A stretch of DNA of 32,000 nucleotides from Candidatus Saccharimonas aalborgensis (GCF_000392435.1 NC_021219.1:360001-392000), one strand, 5' to 3'. Positions 11,686-19,096 are shown, counted from the stretch's first letter. Translations and numbers: made by a program. Notes: generated by a model from the sequence alone, not told the origin.

Positions 11686-11721
11686 TGTTTTACATATTAT
11701 AAATTATAATGGTTATTTTGT

Positions 11722-12999
11722 CTATAGATAACGCGTACTCCCAAAGGGTATCTTTTGTTTGACATAGATACCCGTCCCCAGGGTATCGGCACTGTGAATC
11801 GTACGCTCACCCCATCGATTGTTGACTTCATCGATCGCCCACGTTACCTGCTGTTCACGCACAAATTGATCGCCAAATAATACCAACTGACGATCTGCGC
11901 CATCATGAAGATGATAACAATGGACGCCGATTTCACGTATATCACCATTCGGCACGTGCTCAAAGAGTCGGCGTGCTATCTCCCAAATCGCTTGATTGGT
12001 ATAAAAGGGCAGGGGAGCGAGGTATGTTTCATGCCAATAATTCCCCCGTCTTCCCCAGCGGCCATTTGTGGCTTCTCCTGGTGTGCTGGCCGCGTAGAGT
12101 CGCGCATACACCCCTACTCCCCGCGCGCTTTTTCCCTGTGAGCGTAGCTTTGTTCCCACCGATTCGACGAGATGATGAAGTCTCTGGAGTACATCCGAGC
12201 GAGGCAGCTCTCGTCGTTCGATGACATACTGACGGCCGCAACTCTTCATATCGTACTGGACGTCGTCTACTTCCCAACCCCTCAACCGTTGATACCACCA
12301 ATCGCCGACAACGCTCTTAAAGGCAAGCCTGAGCGTTGCCCTATCGGCGTCGAGCATCTGGAGTGGCGTATAGATACCAACTGCGTTGAGACGATGTTCG
12401 TTGCGTGAGGCGATGCCCGTCAGGTCTTGAAGCGAGAGGTCTAGTAGGGTGGCCCTTAGATTTTCGTGAGTGATGATATCAAGCCCATCAGGTTTATGCA
12501 GACTAGCGGCTGTCTTTGCGAGGAATCGATTTGGGGCAATCCCGATATTACAGCGCATCGCTCTGCCTATTTCTTCACGTAATCGACGTTTAATCTCCTG
12601 CCCCACTTCTACCAAATTCCGCTCCCGTATCGAGGCAGGGGATTGGGCAAAATCAATCACACCCTCATCGATACTCTTCATCGTGAAGTGAGGGCTATAG
12701 TCGCTCATGATCGCCATTAGTTTGTGATAGACATAGCGATACTTCGGCGGATCACTTTCGATACCTACGAGTGTCGGGCACAGTTTTCTTGCATCGCGTA
12801 GCTTCATACCAAGTTTTACCCCCATCGCTTTTGCTTCGTAACTCGCGGTCACGATCGATGTCTGGTCGGTTGCTCGATTGACAATCCCCACCGGCCTACC
12901 GCGTAACTGTGGTCGAGCTTGTTGCTCAACAGTCGCAAAACAACTATTGAGATCGATATGCATCACAAGTGGACGCGCCGTATTACAGTCATTATTCAT
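11722..12999 (-). CDS. Y-family DNA polymerase, DinB/UmuC-like
   Basis: MHIDLNSCFATVEQQARPQLRGRPVGIV, TASYEAKAMGVKLGM, MKSIDEGVIDF and C-terminal clamp-like motif RQLVLF. Confidence 0.93.
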   Translation of the reverse strand: MNNDCNTARPLVMHIDLNSCFATVEQQARPQLRGRPVGIVNRATDQTSIVTASYEAKAMGVKLGMKLRDARKLCPTLVGIESDPPKYRYVYHKLMAIMSDYSPHFTMKSIDEGVIDFAQSPASIRERNLVEVGQEIKRRLREEIGRAMRCNIGIAPNRFLAKTAASLHKPDGLDIITHENLRATLLDLSLQDLTGIASRNEHRLNAVGIYTPLQMLDADRATLRLAFKSVVGDWWYQRLRGWEVDDVQYDMKSCGRQYVIERRELPRSDVLQRLHHLVESVGTKLRSQGKSARGVGVYARLYAASTPGEATNGRWGRRGNYWHETYLAPLPFYTNQAIWEIARRLFEHVPNGDIREIGVHCYHLHDGADRQLVLFGDQFVREQQVTWAIDEVNNRWGERTIHSADTLGTGIYVKQKIPFGSTRYL

Positions 13000-13258
13000 A
13001 GTGATCCGCCTCCCTTGTCAGCATCCAGGTGAGTCGCTCAGCGTCAAACTCTAGTCGGTAGTCACTCCCCCCGTCAGTCACTTCAAAAACATGAATCAAG
13101 CGCCTTCCCTTCATAACTGGGTGGCGAAGTCCGAGCTCGGTGACCGCGATCTCCTTGCCGTTTGAACGGCGTATCCGCCTTGGAACACACAAGTCCAGAC
13201 CATCAGCAAATGTCGCTATCACCTGAACGCGTTCATTGAGATAAAGTTCATCATTCAT
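12992..13258 (-). CDS. Small protein upstream of and overlapping the Y-family polymerase gene
   Basis: Start MNDELYLNERVQV is preceded by an AGGAG ribosome-binding site. It overlaps the polymerase ORF by 8 bp, so is probably co-transcribed. Confidence 0.7.
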   Translation of the reverse strand: MNDELYLNERVQVIATFADGLDLCVPRRIRRSNGKEIAVTELGLRHPVMKGRRLIHVFEVTDGGSDYRLEFDAERLTWMLTREADHYE

Positions 13259-13495
13259 TTCACTAACTCCTCTTAGTTGCACATAAGAGAAACGATCTAC
13301 TGAAATGTGTTGCCCGTTTTCCCCGCCCGTTTCTAGCGACGTATCCGAAGACAACTGATGATCCAGTGGTGAGGGACGCTTACCAAAGAGGCAGTGAGTA
13401 TCACCCGGAGATACTCACTATTATATACCATACTGTCGCCGCTATTAATGCTATACTTGAATACACAGCTAACGGGCGGGAGATGAGAGGAACGA

Positions 13496-14476
13496 ATGCG
13501 AACTCGTGCCGAACGACTTACCACAGCCATAGAAGGCAGTTGGTCGCTAGAAACTACTAGTACCCCTGATACATGGTATGATGATGTCCCTACCAGGGGA
13601 CAGTGCGTTCCCACATCGCTCGTGATCCAAGACTACCTTGGTGGCGACATCGAGCGCCTCAGAACACTTTATGCGGGAGCTTCCGAAACCCACTACCGCA
13701 ATCGTATTGATGGCAACGTACTAGACTTAACGCGCAGCCAATACCCCCCAGAGCAGTCATTTGAACAAGCGCCGGTTGATGGTGATACCAGAGAATACGT
13801 TTTTGCGAACCCAGCAACTCGTGCCCGGTACCAACTACTGACGACGCGGGTTCAACGCCTGATGTACCTCCAGAGTATGGCAGAACACCCCGAAGATTCG
13901 GCTAAGCCGGTCGCTCTATTTGACCTAGACGGTGTCATCCTCGACTTTGATGCCCGTGTTGAGGCAGAGCTAAAGCGACATGGCATTACCGTACCACCAC
14001 GCTCAGACTTCTATATGACTAAGCGCCTTACCGACCCTGAGCATATTGCTCTCGTAAGAGACCTTCAGCACTCGAAAGGCTTTTTTGAATCACTGGAACC
14101 CATACCGGGTGCTATAGAAGCCTGGCACTTCGTGAGATCACTCGGTTTTCATGCTCGTATCTGTTCTGCGCCCATCTCTGGCAATCCGTGGAGTATTCGC
14201 GAAAAGCTAGTGACAGTTGAACGATACCTCGGCCCGCGTGCTGCCGATGAAGCATATATCGGCAAACGAAAATCGGAGTGTTCGGGAGTAATGCTTTTTG
14301 ATGATCGCCCTACGATAGCCGATGCCGCAAACGCCGATTGGCTTCATGCGCACTACACACAGGACTACAACCAGCATGTTGAAACACCTCTCCGAGTTCG
14401 TGATTGGACCGAACTCGACAAAGTAGCCGAATTTCTCGGTTGCGCCTTGAAACGCTCGCGCAGTGTTCATCTCTAG
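13496..14476 (+). CDS. Fusion of a YunG-like domain with a 5'(3')-deoxyribonucleotidase-like HAD domain
   Basis: N-terminal TRGQCVPTSLVIQDYLGGDI...HYRNRIDG..LDLTRSQYP; C-terminal ALFDLDGVILDFDARVEAEL...GFFESLEPIPGAIEAWHFVRS...MLFDDRP. Confidence 0.75.
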   Translation: MRTRAERLTTAIEGSWSLETTSTPDTWYDDVPTRGQCVPTSLVIQDYLGGDIERLRTLYAGASETHYRNRIDGNVLDLTRSQYPPEQSFEQAPVDGDTREYVFANPATRARYQLLTTRVQRLMYLQSMAEHPEDSAKPVALFDLDGVILDFDARVEAELKRHGITVPPRSDFYMTKRLTDPEHIALVRDLQHSKGFFESLEPIPGAIEAWHFVRSLGFHARICSAPISGNPWSIREKLVTVERYLGPRAADEAYIGKRKSECSGVMLFDDRPTIADAANADWLHAHYTQDYNQHVETPLRVRDWTELDKVAEFLGCALKRSRSVHL

Positions 14477-14496
14477 AAATTAGCACTCTCCTCTGC

Positions 14497-14502
14497 TATA
14501 AT
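14497..14502 (+). promoter_or_regulatory. Extended -10 promoter (TGCTATAAT) of the disrupted host tRNA-Met
   Basis: TATAAT 11 bp upstream of the tRNA 5' end. Confidence 0.6.
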
Positions 14503-14513
14503 TGGCTGCACTC

Positions 14514-14556
14514 GGCACTGTAGCTCAGTCGGTTAGAGCGTAGGACTCATAAGCCT
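14514..14556 (+). pseudogene. 5' half of a disrupted elongator tRNA-Met(CAT) gene, ending in the att core
   Basis: GGCACTG-TA-GCTC-AGTCGGTTA-GAGC-G-TAGGA-CTCATAA-GCCT. The downstream sequence makes no T-arm or acceptor pairing. It completes a canonical tRNA only when joined to 19104-19141. Confidence 0.9.
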
Positions 14557-15756
14557 GAGGTCTTTGATTGGAACCCGACCCACTGTCGCACTGTTAATTT
14601 TGATATATTCCGCCAAGATTTTGTCGCCTGACGGCTTAATTTGACGGCTAGAAGCACTTTTTTCACTGATTTGAAGCTCATATTTTTGTAATGCTTCTGA
14701 CGTGTCGTTAATGTCGGCATGTTGATAAATCTGTAGGGTTGTTGAGATATGCGAATGACCCAAAATTGCCTGAACATCTCTGGGCGCAACGCACAGATTC
14801 TTGAGGTTTGTAGCTGCGGTGTGCCTTAAATGGTGGAGCGTAATAATCGGCAGACCCGCTTCTTTACTTATGCGCTTGAAAGACCTTCGTAAATTATTAG
14901 GGTCAACTGGAAGTCCGTTTGATGTCTTAAATATAAGGTCGGGCAGCGGTCCCGCAGTTGTGGACTTAAGATTGTTAAGCACAGCTAGAGTTGCGTCAAG
15001 TATAGGAAGATTGCGTTTTGAAGCACGTGTCTTTAACTCCACATAGCTATACGTGTGATTCGAGTAGTCTACTTGCCTCCTTACACGAATAATCTTGTTG
15101 GTGAAATCTATGTCAGACCATGATAAGCCTAACGCCTCACCCCTACGAAGCCCATAAAAGCCCATTAGAAAGTAAATTGGATAATACTGATGGTCAGAAG
15201 CAGCGCGTAAAAAGGCAGTTAACTCATCTACGCTCCATGGCTCGGCTTCTTTTGGTTTATACATCGGTATGGTAACAAGCCGTGCCACATTGCGCGATAT
15301 ACGCTCCTCCTTCGCAGCCCTCTGCAATACTGCGGAAAGAATACAGCGCATTTTCTGTACAGTGCGGTGCGATTGACCCGTCCTTAGCTGGTTGTCGATA
15401 AATGTCTGGACATCTGCCACACTCAACTTCGTGAGATACTTATTGCCAAGCCCTGGCTTTAGATAAATACGAACGAGCGACTCATAACCAGCTAAAGTAC
15501 TCCTACGAATCGAAGGTTGCACTACTAAAAGCCAATAATCCATATATGCACCAAGCCTTTCCTCCCTCGGATTTGCCTTGAGACCGCTATCATTCTTGTT
15601 GCGCATCTCCACTAAAATCGCCTCGGCATCTTTGCGTGTTGTGGCATAGCGTCTTATTCGCCTAATCCCTAGAGGCGTGTTTACGTAGCAAGCAGCTTCA
15701 TACCGACCTTCTTTACGCTTGTAGACCGTTCCTTCACCCCGACGTCGTCTGCTCAT
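14533..15756 (-). CDS. int: Tyrosine recombinase/integrase with N-terminal SAM-like domain
   Basis: Catalytic pattern GLRRGEALGLSW, HHLRHTAATN, LGHSHISTTLQIYQH. The ORF ends in the host tRNA 5' half. Confidence 0.95.
   Translation of the reverse strand: MSRRRRGEGTVYKRKEGRYEAACYVNTPLGIRRIRRYATTRKDAEAILVEMRNKNDSGLKANPREERLGAYMDYWLLVVQPSIRRSTLAGYESLVRIYLKPGLGNKYLTKLSVADVQTFIDNQLRTGQSHRTVQKMRCILSAVLQRAAKEERISRNVARLVTIPMYKPKEAEPWSVDELTAFLRAASDHQYYPIYFLMGFYGLRRGEALGLSWSDIDFTNKIIRVRRQVDYSNHTYSYVELKTRASKRNLPILDATLAVLNNLKSTTAGPLPDLIFKTSNGLPVDPNNLRRSFKRISKEAGLPIITLHHLRHTAATNLKNLCVAPRDVQAILGHSHISTTLQIYQHADINDTSEALQKYELQISEKSASSRQIKPSGDKILAEYIKINSATVGRVPIKDLRLMSPTL
14546..14556. repeat. att core, left copy (attL)
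   Basis: CTCATAAGCCT, identical to 19097-19107. Confidence 0.85.
14630..14650. repeat. Left arm-type integrase site pair
   Basis: GACGGCTTAATTTGACGGCTA; 18 of 21 positions match 18990-19010. Confidence 0.65.
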
Positions 15757-15955
15757 ATTGCTTCCTTTTGCTCTGTTTTATAAAGTCCGTTAAGTCCTCG
15801 TATGCGATTAATCGTCTGCTGGCAATTGTTAGGGTTCTTAGTTCGTTGTGTCTCATCAGTTTGTAAATCATCCATCTACTCACCCTCAAGTACTCCGCAG
15901 CTTCTTCGACTGTGTACAAAGCTGGATGGTTCGGTTGCTCAGTTGCGCTACCCAT
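15734..15955 (-). CDS. AlpA/excisionase-type helix-turn-helix protein
   Basis: LYTVEEAAEYLRVSRWMIYKLMRHNELRTLTIASRRLIAYEDLTDFI. It overlaps the integrase start. The start is chosen at MGSATEQ; the track ORF extends to 16036. Confidence 0.85.
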   Translation of the reverse strand: MGSATEQPNHPALYTVEEAAEYLRVSRWMIYKLMRHNELRTLTIASRRLIAYEDLTDFIKQSKRKQYEQTTSG

Positions 15956-16185
15956 GTCTAATCCTTTTCTGGCTTCTCGCCCAGCAGGCTGTTTACTGTT
16001 CAGTTTCAATAGGGTGGCTAGGTTACTGGACAACATTCAGCTTTAATTATATAATATTTTTCAATTAATCGAAACCCTTTTGTTCCCTGAGTCCTGTCTT
16101 TACCCGTATTAAACAGACTCTCACCATAGAGGTAATCTTTACTTTTAGAGATTATCTTTATATATAAGGGTTTTCTTTTTAAGGG

Positions 16186-16527
16186 TTACATGAACCCCAT
16201 ATCATCTGATTTTCGTGTAGGCTGTGTGTTCGAAGTAGAGTCATCCTCATCACTTAAACCTGTAGCTGATTTAACCGCTTCAATACATGCCTGACGTATC
16301 TCCTCCCATAGTGGAAACTGCATGTTGAACTCCACTGTGTACCTATACTTGCCGCGTCCCGCTCGACCGAGCAGAGGTGGATATACTGCCCAGTCTTGTT
16401 CACCGTTTGGCGGGAACACCATAAAGCCATTGATGTATATACCTATGTCAGGTATCAGCACCTTAACTCGATACCCAGCACCGACGGGCTTGTGAACTTC
16501 CGCTTCAACCTCAAATTCATTTTCCAT
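16186..16527 (-). CDS. Small element-encoded protein, possibly SpoVG-like fold
   Basis: KVLIPDIGIYINGFMVFPPNGEQDWAVYPPLLGRAGRGKYRYTVEFNMQFPLWEEIRQACIEAV; weak pattern resemblance only. Confidence 0.65.
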   Translation of the reverse strand: MENEFEVEAEVHKPVGAGYRVKVLIPDIGIYINGFMVFPPNGEQDWAVYPPLLGRAGRGKYRYTVEFNMQFPLWEEIRQACIEAVKSATGLSDEDDSTSNTQPTRKSDDMGFM

Positions 16528-16552
16528 TTTTTCTTACATTCCGTTTTATGTG

Positions 16553-16596
16553 AGCGCTGCCTTGGTGGACGGTATTATATTGACCTTAGCAGCGCT
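16553..16596. promoter_or_regulatory. 8-bp inverted repeat flanking a minus-strand -10 box upstream of 16186..16527
   Basis: AGCGCTGC (16553-16560) and GCAGCGCT (16589-16596) enclose TATAAT on the minus strand at 16574-16579. Confidence 0.5.
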
Positions 16597-16687
16597 GTTT
16601 CGAACCGTCGTGTGCCTAGAATAAGGAAAACAAGGGACGCATTGAACAGATGTACTAGAACAATACTAGATGTAAGGAGAGGCGATA

Positions 16688-17497
16688 CTACTTGATACTA
16701 TTTTCCTGTATCGTGGCGAGCTGTTTGAGTGTCAGTTGGGGTCGATTTTTGAGCGTGAAGGTCTTGGCTGTTATATCAGCAAAGGGGCTTAGTACGTTGC
16801 CTGAATGAAACGGGCTGTCATTACGGTAAATCTGGGTCAATTGTTTTCGTTCCGAGAAAGCGTCTGGCTTATTAAGCCATCGTCGTAAATCGTCAAATGT
16901 CGTAGGTTCATTAAAGTGTCGCTTAGCGTATATTAGCTCGATAATGTCTAGTGTTGAGCCTGTCGATAAGGTTTTGAGCGTATATGTTTTACCCTTGGCG
17001 CGGACAATCGGCGTTTGATTGACTATCTCTAAAGTCGCTGGTATTCCGTCGCCCTTGTAGTTAATGCCATGCTCCTCGCAAAACCCGATAAACTTGTCAT
17101 AGTCCACGTCATCAATAAACCGTATGTAATCGTATTCTCGATGAGCTTGATCGGTCTTGTCCCATTTATCGCCCCATGCACCGCGTCCCAGATTTTCCAT
17201 AGCCTCAAGCTGTTGGTCGCGGAAGTAGTTTGGCTTCGAGCCACTTTTTATAGCACCTACTTGTTTTAATGCCATGAGGGCTTTATCTTCTGCGGCAACA
17301 TTTGCCAGATTCTCGTCAGTGTTCAGGCTATCGTCCCAGTCAAAAATCCAGCGGTGTTCATTGTGTTCAAAATCCATACCAGAATGAATATCCCTGTATA
17401 GCTTTGTCGCAACAACATCTAACCAAAAACGAGCATTTTCATTCATCTTACGACTATTATCGTACATCTTACTTATATTCGGTAGCTTAACCGTCAT
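16688..17497 (-). CDS. Uncharacterised element cargo protein, 269 aa
   Basis: Long ORF with no recognised family. C-terminal half includes TYTLKTLSTGSTLDIIELIYAKRHFNEPTTFDDLRRWLNK. Confidence 0.8.
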   Translation of the reverse strand: MTVKLPNISKMYDNSRKMNENARFWLDVVATKLYRDIHSGMDFEHNEHRWIFDWDDSLNTDENLANVAAEDKALMALKQVGAIKSGSKPNYFRDQQLEAMENLGRGAWGDKWDKTDQAHREYDYIRFIDDVDYDKFIGFCEEHGINYKGDGIPATLEIVNQTPIVRAKGKTYTLKTLSTGSTLDIIELIYAKRHFNEPTTFDDLRRWLNKPDAFSERKQLTQIYRNDSPFHSGNVLSPFADITAKTFTLKNRPQLTLKQLATIQENSIK

Positions 17498-17606
17498 CGT
17501 GGCGTGTTGAGAGGCGTTTTAAGAGGTTTTATCGGGCGAAACGGGTATTGGGGTCACTTTGACTGTTTAGTTGATTCTAGGGGTATGTTTTTCGAGAAAA
17601 TAACCT

Positions 17607-17612
17607 TATAAT
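17607..17612 (+). promoter_or_regulatory. Candidate -10 (TATAAT) for the structured leader and 17812..18420
   Basis: TATAAT flanked by the inverted repeat TGGGGTCA (17549-17556) / TGACCCCA (17613-17620). Confidence 0.45.
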
Positions 17613-17618
17613 TGACCC

Positions 17619-17811
17619 CAGATAGCTTCGCTATTCCGATCTAGAGCCACCGCAAGGAAGGTATGGTCATCAAAACTACGTCAATGTTAATCCGATCATC
17701 GGTAACTATTGACGTAGTCGCAACTCGAAAGGGTTGTGGGGCGAAAGCTCAGCCGGTGGTCGGTTTTAGTTTCCATCGGTTTTAACACGCAAAAGGAGCG
17801 TAGAGAACCCA
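17619..17811 (+). ncRNA. Candidate structured RNA or 5' leader with a multihelix junction
   Basis: Closing helix GCCACCG/CGGTGGT (17646-17652 / 17754-17760), long hairpin 17675-17718, and GAAA-tetraloop hairpins at 17721-17736 and 17739-17750, all between a -10 box and the next CDS. Confidence 0.5.
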
Positions 17812-18420
17812 ATGAGAAACAAGAAAACTATCGAGCAACGAACGGGACAAGAGTTAAGTGTAAAAAGACAGAAGCGTCAGCATCGACCGATGGGTATCGG
17901 CGGTGCGCTATTTTTGATTTTAGTAATTTTCTGTGGGATCGGAATAATTAGTGCCATGATTGCAAATTCGCCTGCACAGAAAAACTCGAAAGCCGTCAAG
18001 CAATCGTCGAAGATTGGTCAGGTATCGAGTGATGCTGGTTTTAACTTCGTAGTGAATTCTTTTAAGTGTGGCGAAAAACAAATAGGTTTCGACAATGGCG
18101 TATTACATTACTCTACAGATGCACAGGGTCAGTTCTGTCGCCTCAACATTACCGTAACTAATGCTGGCAATAACTCAAACAGTATTCGCCCGTATAACCA
18201 ATACATCTTCAACGACAAGGGACAGCGCTACGATTATGACCCTGCTGGAACAGGTCGTGCAGCACAGTACGAACTCGGCGACCCGTTTAGCGATGACATT
18301 AACCCTGGCAATAGTATTACGGGCGACATCGTCTTTGATGTGCCTGTGAATGTAACGCCTATTACAGCCGAACTACACGGTGATAAGGATAGTTCAGGCA
18401 TACGAGTAAATCTACAGTAG
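17812..18420 (+). CDS. Membrane-anchored DUF4352-like protein
   Basis: N-terminal TM GALFLILVIFCGIGIISAMIA followed by a beta-rich domain: GFNFVVNSFKCG...FCRLNITVTNAGNNSNSI...YIFNDKGQRYDYDP. Confidence 0.75.
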   Translation: MRNKKTIEQRTGQELSVKRQKRQHRPMGIGGALFLILVIFCGIGIISAMIANSPAQKNSKAVKQSSKIGQVSSDAGFNFVVNSFKCGEKQIGFDNGVLHYSTDAQGQFCRLNITVTNAGNNSNSIRPYNQYIFNDKGQRYDYDPAGTGRAAQYELGDPFSDDINPGNSITGDIVFDVPVNVTPITAELHGDKDSSGIRVNLQ

Positions 18421-18740
18421 TGTCTCGAAATCCCCAAAGCCACATTAGTGCAACTGACATCGACAAAGGTGCGCAAGATATTAAGATGTTTCTTTGGGAG
18501 AAGTACGATCCCAATGACGACCTTATATACCCGATAATTGCCGACTGGGACGACCTGCTGGCGCGGACAATCGACAAGGCGAGCTACAGCTCACTTTCCC
18601 GCGATGAAGTCCTCAGTATTCTGTTTGGACTGATTCATCGCAATCGGGTTGTTGAAGGTCTGTGGTGGTCGATGTTTGAGCGTGGTGTAATACAAAAGCT
18701 GCTACATCAATTACAGACTCTAGATACTGATAGATACTGA
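18420..18740 (+). CDS. Uncharacterised small element protein, GTG start overlapping the previous stop
   Basis: TAGTG overlap with the upstream gene implies translational coupling. Confidence 0.6.
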   Translation: MSRNPQSHISATDIDKGAQDIKMFLWEKYDPNDDLIYPIIADWDDLLARTIDKASYSSLSRDEVLSILFGLIHRNRVVEGLWWSMFERGVIQKLLHQLQTLDTDRY

Positions 18741-18890
18741 AATACTCGGTTTTTGCTCCGTTTAAAGGTACTGATATCGTTCAGGTTTATTCGAGTAAAT
18801 ACGAGTAGTATATTAAGTCCTCATAGCTGACGACAATAGCACAGGCTACAGTAGCCAACAGGGACAAATCATGCTATATTAGCTTAGCAT

Positions 18891-18967
18891 GGCAGCGTAG
18901 CTCAGTTGGTTAGAGCGCGAGACTCATAAGCTCGAGGTCACAGGATCATTCCCTGTCGCTGCTACCA
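18891..18967 (+). tRNA. Element-borne complete tRNA-Met(CAT) with encoded CCA
   Basis: GGCAGCG-TA-GCTC-AGTTGGTTA-GAGC-G-CGAGA-CTCATAA-GCTCG-AGGTC-ACAGG-ATCATTC-CCTGT-CGCTGCT-A-CCA. All stems pair except position 31-39. Confidence 0.88.
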
Positions 18968-18989
18968 TTTTGATTTTAGTGAATAGATT

Positions 18990-19010
18990 GACGGCTTAAA
19001 AAGACGGCTA
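18990..19010. repeat. Right arm-type integrase site pair
   Basis: GACGGCTTAAAAAGACGGCTA, with a further inverted copy TAAGCCGTC at 19023-19031. Confidence 0.65.
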
Positions 19011-19096
19011 TAGCGCCAATCATAAGCCGTCTATAGCGCACTTGTGCAAGCCTGTACGTCTGGGCAAAGTCTCCAATATTAGCGTCAATTGCAAGC

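Noticed and set aside
14480-14488. TTAGCACTC upstream of the split tRNA resembles a CIRCE half-site
   Set aside because: No matching GAGTGCTAA arm at the required 9-bp spacing, so it is not called as an HrcA operator.
14514-14590. Possible complete tRNA-Met at the left end
   Set aside because: The D and anticodon arms are good, but the following sequence TTTGA-TTGGAAC-CCGAC gives no T stem, and the acceptor 3' strand is absent. It is only a 5' half.
14557-19096. Could be a giant intron or split tRNA expressed in trans
   Set aside because: The interruption contains an integrase, HTH gene, arm-type repeats and a direct-repeat core, and there are no complementary flanks that would bring the halves together. 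A mobile element is simpler.
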